Positions 1 to 12,304 of a stretch of 64,000 nt of DNA are shown here, piece after piece. Source of the DNA: Cyanophora paradoxa CCMP329 (Eukaryota > Plantae > Glaucophyta); the NCBI GenBank assembly GCA_004431415.1, contig QPMI01000066.1, forward strand, positions 310,001 through 374,000. The letters are read 5' to 3'. A program made the translations under genes and the position numbers. Position 1 is the stretch's first letter. Every line of letters begins with the position of its first letter. Below the pieces are notes generated by a model. That model searched no databases, was not told where the DNA came from, and saw only the letters and a program-made list of their open reading frames with translations.

Positions 1-641
1 AGCTCGTTGATGAGCTGTACCCCGATGGCGAGCACGGCCTGGCGCGCGGGGGATCAAATCTCCGAGGAACCACGACAATATAAAATTCGAATTTTCGAAT
101 CCCGCGCGCGCCTGGGCGTCGAAGAGGTCCGGGCGCTCGTCGTGAAGCTCGGAGAGGCAGCGGCCGAGCCGGTCCATGACCAAAGCGTTCAGGTCCCCGA
201 CGCACCCCGCGAAGTGTACCCGGGGGAACGCCCCTGCATGCGGGCGCGGGCGAGGGCGAGGAAGCGGATCAAATTCGAATTTGATGGCATCAAAATCGAA
301 AACGGAGCACCGCCAGAGCGCGCGAGGTCCGCAAGGACCGCCGCCTCGTGCCACAGGGCGGGCCGCGGGCACTGGACGTGCTCCTGCGCTCCCGCTCGCG
401 CCCGCGCCCGCGGAATGGCACCAGCCGCTGAGCGCACGAGCTTCACTGCGACGGGCGTTCCGCTGTAGACGTCCGCGCCACTGAAGACGTCCCCGAAGCT
501 TCCCATGCCGAGCCTGCGCCGGAGCCCGAGAGTCAGCGAGCGAGCCAGGCGTTCGAACGAGCGCCGGGAGGCCGATGCGCGCTTCTCGTAGAGCCTGTAG
601 CGCCCCGCCAGGAGCGGCGGCAGCTCCAGCGACAGCTGCAT
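1..641 (-). CDS. Casein kinase 1-like Ser/Thr kinase, 5' part (multi-exon, runs off the window start)
   Basis: Spliced reading gives RYRLYEKLGMGSFGDVFSGADV..VAVKL, EHVQCPRPALWHEAAVL and GVPRVHFAGCVGDLNALVMDRLG, matching CK1 subdomains I-V. ATG at 641. Confidence 0.8.
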
Positions 642-951
642 GGTCCAGCCAGCGGTCTACTGCGGTCGACGTCAACGCAGGACCAGGGCGGCTCTAAGCG
701 ATGCGACTTGGGGCCTATATCCTCCGACGCGCTCCTAAGCCACCGCTGCGACCGACGCGCGCCGCGCCGCCGGACCTGGTGGATGCACACTTGTCCCGCC
801 GCGCTCGAGCGCTGGCGCCCGTTCTCCGTCTAGATCGTTGCAATCGCGTTTAACTCGTAGGCGGCCCCGGCCGTCTCGGCAGACCGGGCCCAACCAGGCC
901 TCGAATTCTGTACCCGGTCAGTTCGCCGCAGCTGTGGGACAGGAGAGAGCG
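642..951. promoter_or_regulatory. Probable bidirectional promoter between the CK1-like gene and CMTR1
   Basis: 310 bp between divergent start codons; no specific motif assigned. Confidence 0.4.
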
Positions 952-3900
952 ATGGAGGACGACGACGAGGATTTCGACTTCCGAGGCTTCCAAGCGCGCG
1001 GCGGGGGCGGCTTGTCCTACGGGCTGGAGCTGGATGGCGCTGGCTTCGGAGATGGGGGGCGAGCGGCGAGCCACGCGGCCCCCCACGCAGCTCCCGAACC
1101 GCCTGCAAAGCGGGCGCGCACGGAAGCTGCGCCCCAGCAGCGCGCATCGGGCGCGGCACGGGTCCCGGACTTCTTCGACGACAGCAACGCGGACTACGTC
1201 AACACCAAGGCGCAGTCCGACGTCCCCGTGCCGCAGCTGGACCCCGGTTCGCACCGCTCGCGCCCTGCAGGCCTGCTGCGGCCCGCTCGCCGGCGGATGG
1301 AATGCGAGCGGGCGAGCGCGGCGCAGAGGTGCTGCGGAGGGCGGACGCGAACTCGAAGCGCTCGGGCATGGCCGTGGACTCCAAGTTCAAGAAGATGATG
1401 GTGCGTTTCGCTCCCGCGCTCCCCGCCGCCGCCCCGGACCGATCGCGCCGCGTCCGCGCGCAGCAAAAGCACGGGTGGACGGAGGGCAAGGGTCTGGGCG
1501 CGCGGGAGCAGGGCCGCGCGAGCGCGATCGAGGACGACGGGAACGTCGGGCGCGCCGGCCTCGGCTTCGAGCACGGGGTCGTCCGGCAGGTGAGCGGCGC
1601 CCGGCCCGACCGCCCGCTCCCGCTCCTGAGCGCGCCGCCCCGCCCCGCCCTGGTTCGTTCGCGCGCAGGTGCACAGCGTGAACGATGCGTACGTTCCGCT
1701 GCGTGAGGAGATCGAGTGGATCAGCTGCACGCGCCCGTACGACCCTGCGCACGACTTCAGCAAAGGCTTCCGCATCGGAGCGGTGCGCCGCGCCGCGCTC
1801 GCCGCGCTCCCCTCCCGGCGCCTCCGAGCTCTTCCTGGCAGCCCGAGGGCATCGCCGGGGTACCGCTCAACCTGAGCCGCTACGCCGACACGACCCTCAC
1901 GGACGAGATCCTCAAGTGCAAGGCGCGCCTGTACCCCCCCCGCTTTCGGGACGCGTACCCCCTGACCCCGCCCCTTCCCCCCCCCTTCAGTCCCGTTTCG
2001 ATGTGCTGGACGACCGCACGTTCCTCCGCGCCCGAAAGCTGTCGAACCCCTACGAGCTCATCGGCAAGTGGATCTTCCAGAACCGGTACTACCCCCAACC
2101 GACCCGAGAACGAACAACCGCGTACCCCTCCCCATCTCCTGAATCCCGTACCCCCGCCCAGAGCGGCGATGAAGATGGTGAACATGGACCACCTGGCGGA
2201 CCTCACCGACCTGAAGAACCCGCACAAGGTGCGGTACCCCCCGTTTCTGTTACTTTTTGCGTGCTATGTGATTCTAGAAAGTTTTCCGTGTCCTAGAAGC
2301 TCTTAAAGAGTCACAAGGCGAAGCCCTGCAGTTAGCCCTCGGAGAGCGCGAGCCCCTCGGACCCTTCGCTGCCTCACTCCGGCCGGCCGCAGAAGCTGAT
2401 GTTCGCCGACGTCTGCGCTGGGCCCGGAGGCTTTACAGAGTACGTCTACTACAGGCGCAAGACCACTTGGGCCCAGGGGTACGCGCTGACTTTGATTACC
2501 GTTCTGCCCGCGCACCCCAGCTTCTAAACTGCCTTTTTTAAGGTTCGGGTTCACGCTGGCGGGGGCGCACGACTGGCGCCTGGACAAGTTCAACGCCGAG
2601 AGCCCCTGCGACAACTTCTACAAATTCTACGGCCGCGACGACACCGGCGCGTCCGATCGGATCTGAATTGATCTGATCTGATCTGAGCCGCGATCTGACC
2701 CGGCTTCTTCTTCTCCCCCCAGGTGACGTCACGAGGAACGAGAACATCCAGGATTTCGCGCGCATCATCGCCGCGCAGGTGAGATGCCCGTACCCCCCTC
2801 GTTCGTCCCCCCCTCTTTGACCGGTACACCGCCCGCATCGCCAGACCGGCGGCGTGGGCGTCGATCTGATGATGGCCGACGGAGTGCGCAGCGATCCCGT
2901 ACCCCTCCCTTCCGATCGACCCTGAATATCTCGTACCCCAGGGAGAGAGCGTGGAGGGGCAGGAGAACATGCAGGAGTGGCTGATGAGGCAGCTCGTCCT
3001 GTGCCAGGTGCCGCGTACCCCCCTCCCCCGGCTCCCTTTCTCCGCCCCCTTCGTTCTGAACGCGTACCCCCGCCTCGCAGTTCACCACGATGTTCGCGAT
3101 CCTGAAGAAGGGTACCCGTTTCTTCGATGCAGAAACAGCAACCCCCTGCCGATCCCCCCCTGCCCGGCCAGGCGGCGATTTCGTCTGCAAGGTCTTCGAC
3201 GTCTACCGCCCCTTCACGGTACCCCCGTCCACCAAGATTCCTCTACCCCCGTCCGACGCTGTACCCCGTCCCAGGTCGGCCTGGTCTACATCCTCTACCG
3301 GCACTTCGAAAAGATCTGGATCTGCAAGCCGATCACGTCTCGGCCGGCCAACTCCGAGCGGCGCGCCCGTACCCCCCCTCCCAGCCTCGATCTTTCTTAG
3401 CCGCGCGCCCCTCACGCCGCCCGTTCGCACCGGCAGCTACATCATCTGCAAGGGCCTCAAGCAGCGAACCCCGCGGGTGCTGGAGTACCTCTACAAAGTG
3501 AACGAGGCGAGCCAGTACCCCCCTCGGCTCCGCTGCCCGCCTGCCCGCCCGCGCCCGGCCCCTGCTTACCCTCCCGCAGACTATGAACGAGCTCGAGCGG
3601 CGCCGCGAGTGCAACCGGGTGCCCGGCGACAAGGCGCGTCGCCCCTGTACCCCCTCCGCCGCCGACCCCGACCGGCACTGCCTGAAACTGTACCACGCAG
3701 GAGATCCCCCCGGGCGATGACATCACGGACGTCGTGGATCCCGCTGAGATCGAACCCGAGTTCGCCGCGTACCTCACCAAGCGGAACAACGAGTGCGTGC
3801 GGCGCTTCTCTGCCCCCCGCTCGCCTCTGAGCCCGGCCCGCCCATCTATCCATCTCCTCTGAGGCGCCTCCCACCCCGCGCCTCGCACCCCGCGCCGCCC

Positions 3901-6900
3901 ACCCCGCGCCCCGCGCATATACCCCCCGCTCGCTCCCGGCCCGCCCATCCATCCATCATCGCCTCTGAGGCGCCGCCTTTCCCTTCCACTCGCCCTGCAG
4001 CATCGCGCGGAACCAGGTGAAGTACCTGGACGAGATCTGGCGCCACGTCGAGGACCCGTGCGCCCCCGCCCCGCCCGCCCCGCCCCGCCCACGCCCGCCC
4101 GCCCGCCCGCCCACGCCTAGCTCTAGCTCGCACCTCTAGATCCCCTTGGATCCTAGCCCCCGTCCCGCCCCGCCCACGCCTAGCTCGCGCCTCTTGCTCC
4201 TCCCTAGATCCCCAGCTCCTAGAGCGCCCCCCCGTGCGCCCCCGCCCCTCTGCTCCCGCCCCGCCCCGCCCGGCCCCCCGGCCGCCCCTTTAGGTCCCTT
4301 TAGATCCTAGATCCTACATCCGCGTGGATGACCCGTGCGCCCCGCCGCGCCACGCCTCGCCCCGCCGCGCCATGCCTCGCCCCGCTCTCCCAGCTCCGGC
4401 CTGCCCTCCGTCCTTCCTTTCGTGCCGCCCCGAGCGTAGCTACCCGCCAGCTAGCTGCTAGGTTTGGTCAATCTGGCACGCGATGCCGCGTCTGACGAGG
4501 CGGGCGCAGGAACCGCCCCCCTATGGACCAGGACGATATCCGGGACAAGTGCGCGCGCCCCTCTGCCCCGCCGTCGGCGCCGCCGCCGCCGCTGCGTCCA
4601 TAAGTACAGCGGATAGGAGCTCGAAGAATGGAAGGCCGCTCGGCTCCGCTTAGGATTCGCCCCCTCCGCCTTCCCTTTGAATTCGGACTCGCCGCCGACG
4701 CGCCCGCTGCTCCCCGGCAGGTGCCTCCGGGAGTGGGGCTGTGACCCCGACCGCGGCCAGGACCCGAACGTGCGCGCTATAAAACTTCAATGCGATAAGC
4801 AAATCTGTCCCTACTTATCTTATTCCAAGCAGAACCAGTTCCGGCGGGACGGCGGCGCCGGCGGGCCGCGGGGCTCCCAGTGGGGCCCCGGGCGGGGCGG
4901 CGGCGAGGAGTTCAACCCCTTCGAGGTGCCCCTTCCCCCCCCCCCCTCCCCCCCCCCCCCCTCCCCCCCTACTTTCCTGAGCCGCCGGGGCGCCGCAGAC
5001 GGACGGGCCGACTTCGGGACCCTCCTCGGAGCCCGCCAGGCCCCCCACCTCGGCGCGCCCCGCCCCGCCCCGCCCCTTTAGAGAGAAAGAGAGGAGGGGG
5101 GGGGGGAGGGGGGGGAGAACGCGCTGGGGCCCGCCCCCCGCCCCGCCCCGCCCCCCGCCCCGCCCCGCCCCCGGCTCTTAGTCCTTGGGAGACAAGGGAG
5201 ACGGGCGGCAAGGGAGACGCCGCGGCCTTCCTCGCCCCTCCCCGGGATTGCCCCACCGCACCCCTTAGAGAGAGCGCGGCGCACCATCCCGCGCTCTAGC
5301 TCTGGCGGAACGCCTCCTCTCACGCCTCACCTGACGCCCCTTGCCCCCGCCTAAGTCCGCCTAACGCGAGCGCCGCCCCGCCCGTCGCCCTCCTCGCGCT
5401 CTAGCGCTCAGATCCCGCACTCTAGCTCTACCGCGACGACGGGACGGCTCACCTGACGCGCCTTGCCCCCCCCCCCAGATCGCGGCGGAGGAGGAGGCGC
5501 GGGTGCTGACGAAGGAGGAGCAGGCGGAGCTCATGAAGACCCGCGTCTCCGAGCAGGTCCGCGGGGCGGGGCGAAGAAAGGGCGGACCGAGAGGCACGCG
5601 CAGAGGGCTGGGTTTCGGGCTGAAAGGCCGGATTAGAGCATTAGTAAAAATCTAGGATATATTTAGTTCGAAGCTGGCCCGCAATCGCGACCCGCCGCTG
5701 ACGCCGGCCGCGCGGCGCCGCGGGGCGCGGGGCGCGCAGGTGCGTTCCAAGTACAGCGGCCTCTTTCAGCGCGGACGCCCCTCGGGCTCCCCGGCCCCCG
5801 CCCCCGCCCCGGCCTCCTCCCCCTCCGAGGGCTCCGGGTACGTGGCCCCCCCCCCTCCCCCCCCCTCCCCCCCCCCCCCCCCCCCCACCCGCCGCCTCTG
5901 AGGAGGCGCGCGTGCGCCCCCGCAGGAGAGAGGACGGGGCCGACTTCCTCAGCGGGATGCTCGCCTCGTGCGCTCCTCCCCCTCCCCCCCCCCCTTCCTT
6001 CCGACCGTACCCCGGCCCCTAGACAGCTTCTACCCCTAGCCCCTGCAGGGCCTCCGCCCCCGCTGCTGAGGTCCTGAGGGACGCCACTGTCGAGCCGCCT
6101 ACCCCCCTCTTCTCCCCCGCCACGCCGCCCCCCTCCCCTCCCCCCCCCTCTCCCCCGCCCCCCCGCGGCCGCGGCCGCCTCCGCTGAGGGTTCCCGGCCT
6201 GCCGCAGGCACGACAACTTCATGACGGGGCGATCGGGGCTGGAGGGACCCTCCCGCCCCCCCGCCCGCGCCGGCCCCGAGGCCGCCGCCGGCTCGAGCTC
6301 GCTGCCCCCGGCCCCCTCCGACGTACCCCTCCCGGGCTTCCCGTTCGTCTTCGCCTCCCCCTGCCCCGCTTTCCTTCCTCCCCTCTCATTGACCTGTACC
6401 CCCCTCCCTCTCAGGATGGCGGCCGCGGCGAGGAAGCCTGCCCCGCAGAAGAAGGTGCAGAGCCACAGTTCCTTCCATTTGTCTTCTTGTTCGAGCTCGC
6501 TTCCGTTCTCACCGATTTTGCTTACTTTAGGATGATTATTCGGACCTGCTTGGGTTTGGGGGAGGCGCCCTCGACATCCTCAACCGAAGCGCTGCGCCGA
6601 AAAAGCCCGCCCCGGGCTCCGCGGGGGGACGCGCGGGCGCTGCGCCCGCGCGGGCCCCCGCCGCGGCCGCCCGGCCGCCGGCAGCGGCTCGCGCGGCGGC
6701 GCCGGCTGCCGTGAAGAAAGAGCCGCCGCCGGCGGAAGCGAAGCCCGACCCCGCGGCCCTCAGAAGGAAAGTCAAGACGGAGCCTGGAACGGGCCACAGC
6801 GCCCCGGCACCGGCGGCGGCCGCTCCGGCCCCTCGGTCGTCCCCCGGCTCGGCCGGTGACGCGGCCGCCGGCGGGGACCCACCAAAGTGAAGATCAAATT

Positions 6901-7665
6901 GGAGGGCGGGGTGAAGGGGCGGCCATCCCCTACCCCCCCGAGCCCGCGCCCGCGGCGGCTCCCGCGGCCGCCGCGGGCGGGGCGGCCGCGGCGGCCCCGG
7001 GCCCCAAGATTCGCATCAAGGCTCCCTCCGCCCCCTCCCCCCTCCCGCCCCCGCCGCCCCGCCTGCCGCCGCCGCCGCCCCGGCCCCCGCCCCAGCCGCC
7101 CCGGCCGCCCGACCCCGGCTCCCAAGCCGCGAACAGCGCGGCCGACGGGGATGCCTTTCTGTACGGCGCCTTTGGCTTCACCGCCGAGGACGACGAAGCG
7201 TGCGCTTGCGATTTTCGCGCGCGATTTTCGCGGGATTCGATCCCGATCCGTCCGTTTCCGCAGGGCGCGGCTCAAGAGGAAGTTGCCCTCTAGCATGCGG
7301 CGGAAGCTGGCGGAGCAGCCTCCGCCCGCACCGGCCGCCGCGGCGCCCTCCGCCGCGCCCTCCGCCGCGCCCTCCGCGGGGCCCTCTCTGGCCCACGTCG
7401 CGCCGCCGCCCCTCGCGCGCCCGGCGCCGGCGGCGGCGGCGGCGCCGGCCGAGGAGCCGGCCGCGGCGCCCGTTCGGCCCCTCGAGGAGCGCCTGAAGGA
7501 CGCGAAGGCAGGCTACCCCCCCCTCCCCTCCCCCCCCTCCCCCCTCTCCTAAGCCGCTCACTTCTCCTTTTTCGTTCGCAGGTGCAGGCGGCGCTGGCGG
7601 CGGCGCGGGAGCGGAGCAAGCAGATGGCTGCGAAGGCTGCGAAGGGGGGGGGCGGGGAGGGGTAG
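952..7665 (+). CDS. CMTR1: Cap1 2'-O-methyltransferase (CMTR1/FTSJD2) with N-terminal G-patch and a long low-complexity C-terminal tail
   Basis: G-patch KKMM|[25 protein letters not shown]; RrmJ-type MTase motifs [53 protein letters not shown] and [14 protein letters not shown]. The 3' exons (4.9-7.7 kb) and the stop at 7663-7665 are less certain. Confidence 0.9.
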
Positions 7666-8736
7666 GCCCCCGCCCGGAGCGCGGCGCGGGAGCCTCGGGG
7701 GCCCTGCCCGACCGGCTAGCCGGCTCACCCGGGGAGCTCCGGAGCTCCAGCTGCAGCCCGCCCGCGTTCTTCGACTGCAGGGCCGGGGCTCATGATCACA
7801 GCCGCACATTGGCCATATGCATGGCATGGCCAATGTACATGTGCCAGGTCTTTGCAAATATGAATGGGGGCCAGGCAAAGTTTTTATTTGGATAAAAGCT
7901 TTGAGTAAATAGGTAGCGCTGGGGTTTAAATTTCGTGCCCGGTCATGATAGGTCCGCGCGCCAGCTGCAGGCCCGCGATCGCAATCGAGCCTCGGACTGC
8001 GCGCCGCGCAGGCCGCCGCGCGAAGGCCGGGCGCCCAACTTGGCAAGCCGCCGGGGCGGGGGCCGGCCGCGGGGCACCTCCCCTTCCCCTTCCCCCCGGG
8101 GCCCCGGGCCCCCCTCCCTCCCCCCCCCCTTCCCCCCCGGCCCCTCGCTTCCCCGACATGATCGGGTCCTCGTACCCCCCGCCAGTACCTAGGAGCCGTC
8201 GATGTCGACGTCACTAGTACGTATACCGCTCAGAACCGTACCTGTACTGGTACTGGTACTTCTTGCCTGGTTCTAGGTACGTATACACCGGTACCGGCGC
8301 ATGCGCAGTCACCGCAGTCACTTATAATTACATTAGTAGGCTGAATTTTCGATCGCGCATTGCGCATTCACTTCGCCGCATTAATATTGCCGCAGTGCAT
8401 GCATAATCATTGCATATGCGCATAATTATATAATTTGCATTTAAATGACAACTTTGACATATACAAGCTCGAGCTCATGATCCTGCGCAATGCGCCGCGG
8501 CGCATGCGGGCCTCAGCGGAAGTCATCATGATCATCGATCATGCCGCAGACTGGCCCGCATGCGCAGTGCGGCCATATGATATGCTGCTGATGATATGCA
8601 TCATACTATACAGCTAGTAATGCATTATGCATGCCGGTGCGGCGGCGCGCGCGGGCGCCCCTCGTACTCCACGTATACGTTGCTCCAGCCTCCAAGTAGC
8701 CTGCAAGGCTCCAACTAATATAGTAATACTGTACTA

Positions 8737-8780
8737 GCCGAGGGCCGAGGGCCGAGGCCCGAGGCCCGAGGCCCGAGGCC
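8737..8780. repeat. 7-bp tandem repeat (GAGGSCC)n
   Basis: About six units, gccgagggccgagggccgaggcccgaggcccgaggcccgaggcc. Confidence 0.85.
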
Positions 8781-9690
8781 TCCAACTTGCCAAGTTGCTC
8801 CAAGCTTTAAGTTGCCTCCAAATTGGCTCCAATTTTACCTGAGTAAAAGACTCATCAAAGGGAGTACTAGTCAAAGCTTAAATGTCTTTGAGCTTAAGAT
8901 CGATTGTAACCTATCAAAGAATACCAGTACTAGGCTACGTTAGCCTACGTATACTACTGGCTCTGTGACTTAGACTGTAAGTTGCACACATGTATAGTCT
9001 TTTAGAATGAGCTCGAGGACTCTTTGGGGCCGGGAGTCATCGCAATCGCAAGTTCAATTTGCAATCGCAAGTCACAGGATCAATATCATACGTATACATA
9101 TGCATTGCTAGCCTAGTGCTACGTACTCGAAATTGTCTCGAATAGCTTATAATTTAGCTTGTTATGATGGACGTCGATTCAACGATCATCGGCATGTACA
9201 TGTCGTTTCAAATTATAATTACTCTGAGTCATTGAACTCGATCCGCCGGCCGCGGCCGGCGCCGCCCGGCGGTCCGGCGGCGGACCGGCGGCGGTCGCGA
9301 GCGCGTCGTTTCACTCGACGTAGGGGCGCGGTTGCGAACTTGCGCGTCCATTGCTTGTTTTTTTTAAAAGTTTGAGGCGCGCGCGATCGCACGTTTCCCA
9401 AAAATGGCTTACCCAGGAACGCGAGCTGCAGAGTCGACGTCAGTACAGACTGAAGTCTGCAGAAGCTGTGATTCCGCGCGGCCGGTGGAAGGGCCTTTGA
9501 GTGAAGGTCCACCGAAGGACTGTCGGATCGACGTCGCGCTGAGCAGCACTGAGCAGCAGCAGCAGCTGCAGGCTGTTGCCCGCGCGCGCGCATACGCCGC
9601 AAAGCCAAAGCATCCAGCGGCCGGCTGCTGCTGAGGCAAAGCTAAGCGGCTAAGCGCCCAGCGGCTGTGACGCCAGTCAAGAGAGAGTTC

Positions 9691-9693
<3 letters not shown>

Positions 9694-9727
<34 letters not shown>
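9694..9727. repeat. (AG)n microsatellite upstream of the RWP-RK gene
   Basis: Perfect AG dinucleotide run. Confidence 0.95.
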
Positions 9728-9729
<2 letters not shown>

Positions 9730-10233
9730 CCGATTCCCTCCGAAGGCGGAAGCTGCAGCGCAGCCAGCCTGGCAGCGCTCGCGGGTCCTGCGTAGTAGCG
9801 CCGACGTCCTCGTGCTCGCAACCTATAGCTGGCCTGCAGCCCGCTGCCACTGCCTGCCAGGCTGGGCAGACCTGCGGCCTGGATCAACTCGGCGACGTCG
9901 ACCTTAAGCTTGGCCTGCAGCTGACCACCGCGCATCTTCGCGTTCCCGGCGAGTCGGTTCGCGAGGATATCAGGCCTAGCAACTTGGCAATAGGTTCGCG
10001 GTCCGCGGCGGCCCGTACGCGTTTGATGCACCGCTTGAACATGACTTGAACGTTTTATGCACGCAGGCGCCCCGCGGCCGGCCAAGGTGAAGGGGCGTAA
10101 GCGCGCGCTCAGCGGCCAGCAGTAGCGCTGCATGCAGCTGTCGTCTCCGAATCTTCGGCGACATCGACTCGGAGCGCGTCGTCGGGCAACCTAGCCGCGC
10201 CCCGGGCCGAGACCAGCAGATTAGACGGCACAG

Positions 10234-12304
10234 ATGCAGCTGCAGAACCCTAGCTATAGGCCCGCCGCGGGAGCCAGCGCCATGTCCAACCCCCTGAGCT
10301 TCCCCATGGCCATGCAGCTTGACTTGGATTTCCTCGGCCAAGCCTCCGCGGCCGGGTTCAGCCTACAGCACATCGCCGCGAGCTTCGGGAACTCCTCCGG
10401 GTCCCCGGGCGGCTGCGGCACCCCGCGGGGCGGGCACGACTTCCTCGTCCTTCCGCCCACGTGCGCCGGCGCCGGCGCCGGCGCCCCCCCCGACTTCGTG
10501 TACTTCGACCACGGCCAGTCCCTGTCGCCGGCCGCGGCGCCGGCCCCTCCGGAGCCGCCCAACTGCCGCGTCGATCCGCTCGTGTTCGTCGGGGGGCCCC
10601 TCCGCCCCGTCGGGTTCGAATTCCCCCACGGCCATATGCATGGCCATGGCCAGCCTAGGCCTCCGACCCGGCCGGCCCGGGCCCGCGCACAGCTGCAGCC
10701 GCAGGCTCAGCAGGTCCAGCTCCAGCAGCACACTTTCCGCTCACCGCAAGGCCAGCTGCAGCCCGCCGACGACTGCAGCTCCCAGCTGCAGTGGCAAGGG
10801 CCCCCTGTTAGCTCCTTCGAACAGGCTCCAGCTGCAGCCGTGCACTCAGCTTCGAATTCCGCATTTCGGGAGCGCGACGAGGCGCCGGCGCCCGCGGTTT
10901 CGAGCTCGCCGCGACGGGCTGCAGCAGAGTGGGGGGCGGAGGGGCCGGCGCCGCACCCCCTCTGCCCGGCCCCCTGCTGCCGCAGCCGCCTCCAGATGAA
11001 CCCTCAAGATTGCGGCCGGATGCAGCCGGCGTCTTCTGGCCTCTCGAGCTCGGGCATGGGCTCCCAGAGCCCGCATCTCGGAGGCCTAGGCGGCCCCTGG
11101 ACCGGGGCGTCGGGCTCGCTGACCCCATCCAAATCTCAACAGCCCGATCATGATCAGGTCCGATCTCTTCAAACCGCCAAGCGCTCTCATATATAGCTAG
11201 ACATTCTGTTTCGCCGATCGCGATCGCATATACATGCATTCATTAACTCCGTTTCGCCGCGAAGGGTCTGATTTCGATCGCCGACGTGTTACCGGCTGCG
11301 AATTCGAACGGGGCGCGGGGTACCGGTGCGAGCTCGAGGAAGCGACCTCTGGAGGGCAAGGCGGCGGCCGGCGCAGGGGGCGCCGGGGCCGGGGGCGATC
11401 GAGAGCAGGCGTCCGTGGCGGGATCGTCCGAGAAGGACAGCGACGATCCCGACGCGGGCAGCGACTGCGACGAGAACGAGATCGAGCAGGCCGGCGGGGG
11501 CGGCGCCGGCGCCCCCGGTCTCACCCTTGACAAGGTCATTTCGACCCGCTCGAGATCTAGATCTAGAAGGCTGACGGTCCCGTGTGTTTTCCCGATCAGA
11601 TTCTCGCCTACGCGTACACCACGCCCATCGTCCGTCGTTTCTTGTTTGGCTACCCGCAATCGCCCATATTTAACGGCGGCTGGCTCTGACTCGGTGGTCG
11701 TTCCCGCACAGGACGACGCGGCCAAGGCCCTGGGCGTCGGCCTGACGACCCTCAAGAAGGCCTGCCGCCGCTTCAACCTCTTCCGCTGGCCGTACCGCCG
11801 CGTGCGCTGCGCTTGAGGCTCGAAGCTTAAGCTTATGAATGCATGCGCCCCTGCCCGCCCCCAGCGGCAGCCTAGCCTGTTCTAGATGCATTATTCCAAA
11901 GTTCGCTTCAAACAATACGGCCCGGCCGCACTCAATTTCGGAGAGTAGATCTAGAGCCGGCGCTAAAGCGCATGCCCCCGCAGGCGAGGGCGCTTGAGAA
12001 ACGCATCAGCAAGCTTCGGGACTTCCTCACCGAGGTGGGTACTCGATCAATCTGCCAATCCAAGTTGAAGCTTGTGATTGAGTACCCCGCGGCCGTGACC
12101 GACCGACCGACTTCCCGCGCGCAGGAGAAGCTGCCGGCCGAGACCGTGCTGGCGACGCTTGCGGCGTGCGTGCCCGGCGGGGCGGCGGCCGTGGCGGCCG
12201 CGGCGCAGGCCCAAGCGGCGCGGGCGGCGGCGATGGAGGGCCCGGGCCCAGCCGGCGACGTCGACGGCGACCGCGTCAAGATCAAGTCGGAATTCGAGGG
12301 GTGA
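10234..12304 (+). CDS. RWP-RK domain transcription factor (RKD-like)
   Basis: Spliced domain LTLDK|ILAYAYTTPI|DDAAKALGVGLTTLKKACRRFNLFRWPYRR|ARALEKRI, including a 30-nt microexon at 11600-11629. Long Q/P/S-rich first exon; stop TGA ends at 12304. Confidence 0.88.

Noticed and set aside
8800-9040. Second MITE suggested by AAAAGACT / AGTCTTTT inverted match
   Set aside because: The match is short, with no clear termini or TSD.
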